Below are positions 36,788 through 46,400 of a stretch of DNA of 64,000 bases, piece after piece. The stretch comes from an uncultured Hormoscilla sp. (GTDB taxonomy: Bacteria > Cyanobacteriota > Cyanobacteriia > Cyanobacteriales > Desertifilaceae), in NCBI GenBank assembly GCA_963921275.4, contig OZ001293.3, forward strand, positions 6,272,001 to 6,336,000. Direction: 5' to 3'. Position 1 is the first letter of the stretch; every line of letters begins with the position of its first letter. Both the position numbers and the translations under genes were made by a program. The notes under the pieces were generated by a model. The model did no database searches. It saw only the letters and a list, made by a program, of their open reading frames with translations, and was not told where the DNA came from.

Positions 36788-37446
36788 ATGAAAGTGCAAC
36801 TGTTTAACCGATCGCCTTGGCCTGGGATATTTTACTGAAAAATAGTCCCTGGATGGGTTGGAATCTGTTTTTGGCCTTTATCCCATTGTTCCTGAGTTTC
36901 TGGCTTTTCCGCTCTACGAAGTCCCGATCGCTGTTATGGTGGGCAGTATGCTTGGTTTTTGTTGCTTTTTTGCCCAACGCCCCCTACGTGTTGACCGATA
37001 CTATTCACCTGATTGAAAGATATTCGCGAAAATTACTCCCCGTGGATCGTAACTCTCTCCCTCATTCCCCTGTATATGCTGTTCATTTTCCTGGGTTTTG
37101 AGGCTTACGTGCTATCTTTGATTAATCTGGATAATTACTTAAGCAGCAGGGTTTCATACCGCAGATTATGCCAGCAGAGTTATTCTTGCATAGCCTCAGC
37201 GCGATCGGAGTTTATCTCGGTCGGTTCCTGCGGTTTAACAGTTGGGATATTGTCACTAGATTAGATACCTTAACAGCAGCTATATTTGAGGATGTCCTCG
37301 GTAAATAGCGTCTGCTGGTCATAGCTGTTACCTTTGTTGCGATCGCAGGATTATATTGGTTGATGAAACAGGTAACTCTGGGAGTTATCCTCCGCTTCCG
37401 CAAGCCAGGACTGACAGTTCTACTGTTGGACGAATTGAGTTCTTGA
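36788..37446 (+). pseudogene. DUF1361-family membrane protein with several frameshifts
   Basis: WNLFLAFIP, FLPNAPYVLTD, GVYLGRFLRFNSWD spread over different frames. Confidence 0.8.
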
Positions 37447-37570
37447 AGGATAATCGCCCTCTGAACCCTGTATAACCCTGTACCGACATTCCGCACTTTA
37501 TATGTGACGATTTGTCGTGCCCAAGAGATAGGCCGACCCTTGGGTTGAGGCACGAAACCCAACTTACGAA

Positions 37571-37671
37571 CTACGAACCCAGATAAACACTTTAGTGTTT
37601 ACTACGAACCTACATAAACACTAAAGTGTTTACTACGCACCTAGATAAACACTTTAGTGTTTACTACGAAC
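37571..37671. repeat. Three tandem 31-bp palindromic units
   Basis: TACG(A/C)ACC..ATAAACACT(TT/AA)AGTGTTTAC x3; relatives near 43190. Confidence 0.8.
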
Positions 37672-37673
37672 GA

Positions 37674-39062
37674 CTAGGAACGGCTTGTGGCCTCTGCTAA
37701 AACTGGTAGGGAATTGCGCAACCGATCGCCATACATATCCAAGGCATTTCCTCCTAATAGTAATCCTAAATGCTCCCGATCGTATTCTGCGACTGTTGCT
37801 GCATCCTCCACGCAATTATGCAACACCCCATCCCAGTGACCGTAATCTCCCGAAAAACATGCCAAATGCTTGCCTATCTCTCCCATCCCTACATGCAGGT
37901 AACTCGGTCCCGGATCGTCTGACTCGAAGGAGGTAAAGATTTGTCCCCTTTCAAAATATTCTAGCGGATCCCGGTGCCGCAAGTCATAATGTTCGTATAG
38001 GCTGCGATCGTCTATCTTGGTGGGGTCGTGTTCCGCATTCCACAGCAACTCGAACAGATTTTTCGCTTGGTTAATCAGGTTCACATTATTAGCACCCTTC
38101 TCCTGAAGCAATAGTTTCGTATACGAAATCAAAGAAGGACGATAGGGATGCTTGGGGTCGAAGTCCCGGATGCGCTTTTCCCAATGTTCGTGGAAAGCAT
38201 GGGCTAGATCTGGCAACCATCCACAACCCCCCTCTAAAAAGCCTACCCTTAAGCTGGGAAACTGCTCAAATGCCCCGTCAAACACCATCCGCGCTAGTGC
38301 TAACTGTTGCTGGTTCCGCTGCACGAAAATGTGGGTCAGCACGAAAGTTTCCGTATGATCGGAAATTCCCCCTACCATGTAAGAACCCGGTCCCCCGTGG
38401 ATGCCCAAACCAATGTCTAAATCTACAGCTGCTTGTAAAATGGGTCGGAAGTCCGGATGACTGATTGCTTTACAGGTGCGAATCTCTGGAAAGGCATCCG
38501 GTGCTTTCGGATGGGGAATGGGCATGTTTGGTGCCACAGCAACAGATATCATTCCCAGTTCCTCTACGCAGCGACGCATTTCGGATACCGCAAAGTCTAC
38601 ATCCTGTAACGGTATGACGCCTATGGGTTTGAGTCGATCGCCATAGGGGCGGCAGTCCTCGGCTATATAGTTGTTATAGGCGCGACAGAGGGCGAGCGCC
38701 AGATCGCGGTCCAGAATGCTAGAAAACATCAGATTGAAGGTACCGTAGATTACCTGCACGTCAATGCCTTCTTTCTCCATCTGTTCGACTCGCACCCGGT
38801 TGAACATCGCACCCAGGGTAGTATCCGGATGCAGGTTGCGGAAACCCCCTTTGCCCAAACCCTGTGGTTGGGGAAACATCCGCACGAAATCATTTTTCCC
38901 TGTTTCTGGATTGAAATCTACGACCTTTCCCCGCTGATCTCCCAGACTATCGACTATCAAACCTACCCGATCGCGATATTCTGGTTCTAAATACCCCCGC
39001 ATTACCAGGGGATTCTCGATCTTATGGGCGTCCGCATCAATTACGAGTAAACCTTTGTACAT
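37674..39062 (-). CDS. Amidohydrolase_2 family metallohydrolase/decarboxylase
   Basis: IDADAH, CRAYNN, GIHGG, GFLEGGCGW, GDYGHWD. Confidence 0.88.
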   Translation of the reverse strand: MYKGLLVIDADAHKIENPLVMRGYLEPEYRDRVGLIVDSLGDQRGKVVDFNPETGKNDFVRMFPQPQGLGKGGFRNLHPDTTLGAMFNRVRVEQMEKEGIDVQVIYGTFNLMFSSILDRDLALALCRAYNNYIAEDCRPYGDRLKPIGVIPLQDVDFAVSEMRRCVEELGMISVAVAPNMPIPHPKAPDAFPEIRTCKAISHPDFRPILQAAVDLDIGLGIHGGPGSYMVGGISDHTETFVLTHIFVQRNQQQLALARMVFDGAFEQFPSLRVGFLEGGCGWLPDLAHAFHEHWEKRIRDFDPKHPYRPSLISYTKLLLQEKGANNVNLINQAKNLFELLWNAEHDPTKIDDRSLYEHYDLRHRDPLEYFERGQIFTSFESDDPGPSYLHVGMGEIGKHLACFSGDYGHWDGVLHNCVEDAATVAEYDREHLGLLLGGNALDMYGDRLRNSLPVLAEATSRS

Positions 39063-39139
39063 CTTTGACTTTATCCTTTGAAGTTCTCATTATCTTAGCG
39101 CCTTTCGTGGAGTAATGGTGGGCGGTTCCCACCCTACAG

Positions 39140-39454
39140 CTAGGCAGTTTTACGATTCAAGTAGGTCCATATTTGGCGCAAACCAAACCAATTTTCGTTC
39201 GACCACGACATCGAGGCCAGTATAGTAATGCCCGGATACTTGACAAATGCAGGTTCATTCTTCTCGAACACTGCGTGTCCCCCCAAGGCAAATACTTGGG
39301 TGAGTATCAAGCACAGAACTGTCCATCGCCAGTCGTAGAATAAAACTACTACAGCCGCGATCGCCAATATATTGGTGAGGTGATGCAGCATCTGATTGAC
39401 TGGATGCTGATGGCTAGCAATAAAATGGGCTTTCGCTTCTTGGAAGTAACTCAA
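39140..39454 (-). CDS. Mpo1/DUF962-like membrane protein
   Basis: TTG start after AGGAGA; HQHPVNQMLH, GHAVFEKNEPA. Confidence 0.8.
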   Translation of the reverse strand: MSYFQEAKAHFIASHQHPVNQMLHHLTNILAIAAVVVLFYDWRWTVLCLILTQVFALGGHAVFEKNEPAFVKYPGITILASMSWSNENWFGLRQIWTYLNRKTA

Positions 39455-39507
39455 TGCTATTCTCCTTAAGTTACAGATTCTCTTCCTAATATCACGGTTT
39501 GAGGGAT

Positions 39508-42393
39508 CTACCACCACCGCAGCTGCAAATAACCCCTCGCGGGTTGCTTCAGTTCCTCCTCAGTTAGCCAGTCTACAGGCTTGTAGGTACCAAAGACACG
39601 GTCCCACCAATCAACAGCCAGACCAAAATTATGTTCCCACATGCCGTACTTATGATGCACGTAATGAACGGGCATCGCCATCCAGAAGCACTTGGTCGGG
39701 TGTTAAACTAAGCCAGTACGTCACCGTACCGACTCGTCTTCAAAACCGGACGTGAGATTTTCACCTCATCCGGCTCCTCAATAATGCCATCCTTTACATG
39801 GATACGACAACTACCATCACGGGCAGTTTTTATATCGTGGCAGTGTTTATGCAGTAGTTGGATGTTTTCCCACTGGTCCTTACCACCTAGTGATAGGAGT
39901 TTGATGTGGTCCACTTCCCATTTGTCTTCGTCCCTGAACGTTAATCCGCATTCTTGGCATTTACCCTTTTGTCTTTTGAGCAGTTTGGCCACTCGATTGT
40001 TCAACTCGGGGTTTTTGCCTAGTCTTGTACTCCAATATGTCAAGTCTCCATCGTATGGGCTGGCTGCCCCTTTTACCTTTATGTGCCTTACTACTTCCGT
40101 TCGACTGTGTTGTAGTAGCACTGCTTCTCCTGTCTCAGTTTTGCACCGGAATTGCCATTGTACATCTTGGCCTATCGACCAATACTTTTTGGCTATCCAG
40201 TGTTTTGACTTGTTTGGGTGCCGTCTTTTTGCCCATGTCCATAGAAGCTCCCACAGATATTTGTCCATATCGGAGAAAGTCTCCTTACTTACTACCGTCT
40301 TAAAGTAGTTTGTCCACCCTCGTATGACCGGGTTAAGTTTGCTTATTAAGGCTCCCTGTGGTGCTGCTTTATGACTGGTCACAATTTCTGACAATCTACC
40401 TTTGTGTTCATCTATGGACTCTTTGCTTGGTTTTATTAGGGTTTTGAATCCTAGGGGTTCTCCATGTGGATTTTTGCCTGTGTGGTATTTCCCTACCTCA
40501 TACTGCCTCACATGGAATCCCAGAAAATTAAACCCTGGGTTTTCACCGTTAAGTGTATGAGATGTTTTCGTTTTTTCAGGCTTCAGTTCTAACCCTATTC
40601 CTCCTAACCAATCCGCTACAACCCTCTGCGCTCTTTCTATTGTTTCCCTGTCCTTGTGTATTACTACAAAGTCATCGGCGTATCTAACTACTTTCAGCTC
40701 CTTCCTGTTGTTTCCTGCTATGGACTTTACTTTTTCCTCTAATCCGTGTAAGGCCACATTTGCCAACAGTGGCGATATGACCCCACCTTGAGGAGTTCCG
40801 TAGGGAGTTTCGAGCGTTTTTCCTGCATCTATCACGCGGGCTTTTAGCCATGCGCGTATTTGTCTACGAAAGATAGGCAAGGTATTTAGTTTTGTTAGTA
40901 GCGCTTCGTGGTTGATTTTATCGAAGCATTTAGCAATATCGGCATCTAGTACGTACTTGTCCTTACACCTTATGCTGTTAAATATTGCTCCGATTGCATC
41001 ATGGCACCCTCTACCTGGTCTAAAGCCGTAGGAATTTGGCTCAAAATATGCCTCCCATTCGGGTTCTAAGGCAGATTTCACCAATCCCTGAAGTGCGCGG
41101 TCGTACATAATTGGGATTCCTAGTGGACGTTTTTCGCTCTTGCCCGGTTTAGGTATCCACACTCGTCGCGCGGGCCTTGCCTTGCTTGAGATTTTTAACA
41201 GTCCTACCAATTCGACGCGCTGCTTTGGGGACAACGCCTTTACGCCATCCACACCGGCAGTCTTCTTTCTTTGGTTATCTTGTGTTACCCGTCGTACCGC
41301 TAAACACTTGGCTGACCAGGACTTAACCAGTAATCTTTGGAGCTTGCGGACTGTTCGCCTATCACCACGTTGTGCCGCTCTGTAAATTCGTTTTTGCAGC
41401 TTGTAGACTTTCCGCTCTAGCTTGCGCCAGGGGATGGTCTGCCATTCATACATCGATTTTGACATCGTGCTCATAACGTTTGCACTGCTACTTACAACTT
41501 CACAATTGACATTATCGTGAGGGCGTCAGCGTATCCTGACCATTACAGTCAGGCGTTTGCTTCTCCACTCAATCCTTCCCGGCTATGACCTGCTTTCTGG
41601 AGAGCAGATGTTGCGTCTTTGGTGACTACTCCACCGATCGACCACTGGTGGAGAGTACATAACCGAGTTACTTCGTTCCTACAGATGATTGTTTGTAGTT
41701 TTAGGTGGGTTTTATACGCCGGGTTTTTGGTCAGTGCTTGATGGTCGGACGATAAACCGCCATCGACCTTATCCTTCCCCTTTTGGGGCCGGTGTTTCAG
41801 CCTTATTTCACCGGTTCTACATGACGACGTTTATAAACCTTCTCTTACGATCACCATGACTACTTGCTTGGCGGTAACCGGTGTAGGCTACCAGTCATTG
41901 CGCCGTTCATTCCCGCTTTATGGATTGATGTCATCGTTACCATAGGGAGAGTGCTGTCACTCCTGCACCTGGAGGGGTGGGCTTTCACCACCATCATCTG
42001 TAAGTTGTCAGGGCTAATGTCACCCTGCTAGTGGTCCCCATTAGTGACTTGTGTCACGTTTGTTTACACTAAACGAATCGCACTATTATGTTGTAGCTGA
42101 TGGGCATAGGCGGCAAAGGCGGCAAACACCAGTCCCCCCAGGAACCAACCAATTCCTGCTGCCCAGGAGATGAAGAACATCATACACATTACCACAAAGC
42201 TGCCGACGATGTAATCCCGAAATTCCCAAACCACGCCCTGTCCCTCGTTGCGCCGGTGATGGTCCCGATGGCGTTTGCCAATTTTCGGCGAGACATGCAT
42301 CAGGCGATGCAGCCAATATTCTACTAAACTTCCCAGGATAAAGGATCCTAGGAAACAGATAACTCCTACTCCTATGCTGCTTAAGGCGATCAT
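39508..42393 (-). CDS. Sterol desaturase/fatty acid hydroxylase family protein (167 aa) split by the RT intron; exons 42393-42084 and 39701-39508
   Basis: His boxes EYWLHRLMH and HRDHH; spliced HQLQHN-NPTKCFWMAMPVHYVHHKY...WDRVFGTY. Confidence 0.9.
39702..42083 (-). mobile_element. Full-length group IIB (chloroplast-like class) intron, 2382 nt
   Basis: 5' GTGCGATTCGTT; domain V GAGCCGGATGAGGTGAAAATCTCACGTCCGGTT; 3' end TTAGTTTAAC; removal restores the host frame. Confidence 0.95.
39708..41474 (-). CDS. ltrA: Group II intron reverse transcriptase/maturase with HNH endonuclease
   Basis: TAGVDG, RPLGIP, YGFRPGR, GTPQGGVISPLL, RYADD, X domain GWTNYF, C-terminal CQECG..DH..N..H..CH. Confidence 0.96.
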   Translation of the reverse strand: MSTMSKSMYEWQTIPWRKLERKVYKLQKRIYRAAQRGDRRTVRKLQRLLVKSWSAKCLAVRRVTQDNQRKKTAGVDGVKALSPKQRVELVGLLKISSKARPARRVWIPKPGKSEKRPLGIPIMYDRALQGLVKSALEPEWEAYFEPNSYGFRPGRGCHDAIGAIFNSIRCKDKYVLDADIAKCFDKINHEALLTKLNTLPIFRRQIRAWLKARVIDAGKTLETPYGTPQGGVISPLLANVALHGLEEKVKSIAGNNRKELKVVRYADDFVVIHKDRETIERAQRVVADWLGGIGLELKPEKTKTSHTLNGENPGFNFLGFHVRQYEVGKYHTGKNPHGEPLGFKTLIKPSKESIDEHKGRLSEIVTSHKAAPQGALISKLNPVIRGWTNYFKTVVSKETFSDMDKYLWELLWTWAKRRHPNKSKHWIAKKYWSIGQDVQWQFRCKTETGEAVLLQHSRTEVVRHIKVKGAASPYDGDLTYWSTRLGKNPELNNRVAKLLKRQKGKCQECGLTFRDEDKWEVDHIKLLSLGGKDQWENIQLLHKHCHDIKTARDGSCRIHVKDGIIEEPDEVKISRPVLKTSRYGDVLA

Positions 42394-42576
42394 CGACTAT
42401 CCTTCCTTACCCTTGCGACATTCGGTCACCTTCAGGATTTTGACATAATCCGCTCCAGAATGCAAGGGCGATTGCGCTGCGCGCACGCTACGCGATTGCG
42501 GGTCGGAACCTCAATCTGCGCGTTCACAGTCATTTTTAATTGCTATAATGTTTGATGAACTGCCATCATCATAGCC

Positions 42577-43194
42577 ATGTCAAGCAATAAAAAGCCTAAG
42601 AAACAGAACTTCTCCAGCTTTGACAAAGCGAAAGCATTCAAGCAACTTAATTTAACGGACTTGCTTCCCTGGGATCTGCAAGCGGAACCCGTACAATCCA
42701 GTGATTTTTTTCAACAGCGCCTGGCTAGACTGAAAAATTTCGATTTAGAAAGCTGTGAAGAGTCTAAAAAACTGCTTATAGATGCCATTTGCGAAGAGGC
42801 GATCGATGCTTTTGTCCAGCTAAAGATTTGGAAAGGTGCGAGGCTTGAAAGTGACTTTGCTAATGACTATGTAGATTACTTAATTGCCGAAAATAAGCGG
42901 TATCTAGAAGCGCCCATGCTTTGTATTATCGAAGCCAAAAAAGATGACTTTGAGCAAGGAATGGCACAATGTCTGGTGGAAATGCAAGCCTGTCACTGGA
43001 CAAATCAGCAAATTGGCAAAAATATTGATGTTTTGGGAATAGTAACCAATGGTAGCACTTGGAACTTTTACAAGCTTACTCCCGCAGGGCAAGTTTACGA
43101 AAGCCTTCCTTACGCCCTCGGTACGATCGCCCAAATTCTGGGCTTACTTTATTATGTTTTTGAACAATGTCAGCAAAATCTCAACTGTTCGTAG
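42577..43194 (+). CDS. PD-(D/E)XK nuclease-like hypothetical protein
   Basis: VDYLIA...IIEAKKDDFEQGMAQC...GIVTNG. Confidence 0.75.
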   Translation: MSSNKKPKKQNFSSFDKAKAFKQLNLTDLLPWDLQAEPVQSSDFFQQRLARLKNFDLESCEESKKLLIDAICEEAIDAFVQLKIWKGARLESDFANDYVDYLIAENKRYLEAPMLCIIEAKKDDFEQGMAQCLVEMQACHWTNQQIGKNIDVLGIVTNGSTWNFYKLTPAGQVYESLPYALGTIAQILGLLYYVFEQCQQNLNCS

Positions 43195-43282
43195 TAAGCA
43201 CTTTAGTGCTTAAATTCTTCCCCGTTCGTAGTAAGCACGAAGAGTGCTGATCTTTCCTTGTTACTGGGAGTGGGGCGATCGC

Positions 43283-43387
43283 TTGCTGATATCGCCCAGG
43301 GGTCGATCGCCCCTTGGTTGGAGATGGAACCAGAACTGCGATCGCAACTAGAACGGAACTTGACTGCCAACCCCGTGAGGGCGCGGG
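43283..43387 (+). repeat. 105-bp copy of an internal GH3 gene segment (49626-49730)
   Basis: Near-identical, about 3 substitutions; preceded by HIP1. Confidence 0.9.
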
Positions 43388-43423
43388 CATCGCATGCGCT
43401 GCGCGCAGGCATCGTGATAAACT

Positions 43424-46400
43424 TCAATTAACCACAGTGAAATCATCGACATTAATCAGGGTCGAATCAATCCCCTGCAGGGTGGCCAGGGTTTTCCCTT
43501 CAAAGTTAATCCGGGTATCGAGGCCCATCCTGACGATCGCCAAATCGTCGAAACTCAAACCTCCTGCTAGCCCAATCGAGTCCGTGCCATCTTCAAAGTC
43601 TATAATGGTATAGCCCATGCCCGACTCCAGAACAAAAAGATCGGCCTGCTGAGATCGTCCGTAGAGGCTATCGTTTCCATCTCCGCCGATGAGACCGTCG
43701 TTTCCGTAGACGCGATCGCTTCCATTTCCGCCGGTGAGGGGGTCGTCCTCCTGGAGGCGATCGTCCTGACCGACTATTAGTGAGGCGACCTCCAGAACAT
43801 CGTTGACGTTAATCGTGAAGACCTCCGAGTAACTGGCCCCAGTAACGTCGGTAGTCTGGACGCGGATGCCGTAACTCGATCGGGTCGGGGAACTGTTAAT
43901 TAGCAGTTGGTCCCCTACTATGGTGAAAGCAGCGTTATCATTGTCACCAAAGCCCGAGGTTAACCGGTAGGTAAAGGTATTTCCCCCGTCGGGATCGCTA
44001 GTAGAGAAAGTCCCCACGATTGTACCCTCACGGGAGTTGGAGTTGATGTTGTTGTCGCTAAGGGCTATCTCGGTAGGAGACTCGGCAACATTGTTCACAT
44101 TAATAGTCAAGACCTCCGAGTAACTGGCCCCTGTCTGGTCGGTAGTCTGGACTAATATCCTGTAAATCGACTGAGTCTCAAAGTCCGGGGAACTGTTAAT
44201 TCGCAGTTGGTCCCCTACTATGGTGAAAGCAGCGTTATCATCGCCACCAAAGCCGGAGACTAACCGATAGGTAAAGGTATCTCCCTCGTCGGGATCGCTA
44301 GTTCCGAAAGTCCCCACGACTGCACCCGATGGAGAGTTTTCATTGATGATGCTGCTGCTGAGAACTATATCGGTAGGAGAGGAGTTCTCTGCAACGTCGG
44401 TGACATTAATAGTCAAGGCCTCCGAGTAACTGGCCCCAGTCTGGTCGGTAGTCTGGACGCGGATGCTGTAACTCGACTGAGTCTCAAAGTCAGGGGAACT
44501 GTTAATTCGCAGTTGGTTCCCTACTATGGTGAAGGCGGCGTTATCATCGTCACCAACGCCTGAGACTAACTCGTAGGTAAAGGTATCTCCAGAGTTGGGG
44601 TCAGTAGTGGATAAAATCCCCACAACAGTATTGGCTGGGGAGTTTTCATTGATATTGATGCTGCCGCTGAGTTCGATGTCGGTAGGAGATTCGGCAACAT
44701 CGTTGACGTTAATAGTCAAGACCTCCTCGTAACTGGCCCCAGTCTGGTCGGTAGTCCGGACGCCGATGTTGTAACTCGACTGGGTCTCAAAGTCCAAAGA
44801 ACTGTTAGTTAGCAGTTCGTCCCCTACTATGATGAAGGCGTTGCTGCCGGAGAGTAACTGGTAGGTAAAGCTATCTCCAATGTCCGCGTCGGTAGTGGAG
44901 AAAGTCCCCACGACTGCACCCAATGGGGAGTTTTCATCAATGCTGCTGTTGCTGAGAACTATGTCAGTAGGAGAGGAGTTCTCAGCAACATCGTTGACGT
45001 TAATAGTCAAGGCCTCCGAGTAACTGGCCCCAGTAGCGTCGGTAGTCTGGACGCCGATCCTGTAACTCGACTGAGTCTCAAAGTCCAAAGAACTGTTAAT
45101 TCGCAGTTGGTCCCCTACTATGGTGAAGGCGGCGTTATCATCGTCACCAACGCCTGAGACTAACTGGTAGGTAAAGGTATCTCCAGAGTTGGGGTCAGTA
45201 GTGGAGAAAGTCCCCACGACTGCACCCAATGGGGAGTTTTCATCAATACTGCTGCTGCTGAGTTCGATGTCGGTAGGAGATTCGGCAACATCATTAACCT
45301 CAATAATCAAGACCCTCGAGAAACTGTCCCCAGCAGAGTCGGTAGTCTGGACGAGGATGCTGTAACTCGACTGGGTCTCAAAGTCCGGGGAACTGTTAAT
45401 CAGCAGTCGGTTTCCTTCTATGGTGAAGGCGTCGTTATCATCGGGACCAACGTCGGAGATTAACTGGTAGCTAAAGGTATCTCCCTCGTCGGGGTCGGTA
45501 GTCGAGAAAGTCCCCACGACTGTATCCGATGGGGAGTTTTCATTGATGCTGCTGTTGCTGAGAACTATGTCAGTAGGAGAGGAGTTCTCTGCAACATCGG
45601 TGACGTTAATAGTCAAGACCTCCGAGTAACTGGCCCCAGCAGCGTCGGTAGTCCGGACGAATATCTCGTAACTCGACTGAGTCTCAAAGTCCAAAGAACT
45701 GTTAGTTCGCAGTTCGTCCCCTACTATGGTGAAGGCGTTGCTGCCGAAGAGTAACTGGTAGGTAAAGCTATCTCCAATGTCGGCGTCGGTAGTGGAGAAA
45801 GTCCCCACGACTGCACCCAATGGGGAGTTTTCATTGATGCTGCTGTTGCTGAGAACTAGGTCGGTGGGAGTAGAGTTCCCTACAACATTAATGCTAAAGG
45901 TATCTGTCCCTTCACCTAGATCTTCGTCTATGGCGGTTACCGTTACGGTAAAGTTGCCTGCGGTAGTAGGGATACCGCTGATAACTCCCCGACTGTTGAT
46001 GGTTAAGCCCTCTGGTAAACCGATAGCTGTGTAGTTGTTGATGTTACCATTGTTGATGTTACCATTGATGTCGCCGAAGTTGTCGCTAATGTCTTCGTTG
46101 AAGTTATTCCCTGACAAGAGATCAAAGTCAAAGTCGGGAATCTCGGTTCTTACATAAGGGGGGTTTTCCAATAGCTTGTTAGCCCGCAAATTTAGAACCT
46201 CTTGGGGGATGGTGCCAGTTAGTCGGTTGTCGAACAGCCAGAGCTCTTCCAAATTGGAAAAATTTCCTAACTGAGGAGGGATGGAACCAGTCAGTCGGTT
46301 GTTGAACAGCCAGAGCTCTTCCAAATTGGAAAGATTCCCTAACTGAGGAGGGATGGTGCCAGTCAGGTCGTTGTTGAACAGCCAGAGAGCTACCAAATTG

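Noticed and set aside
37571..37671. 31-bp palindromic repeats as a CRISPR array
   Set aside because: Units are head-to-tail with no unique spacers; no cas genes in the window.
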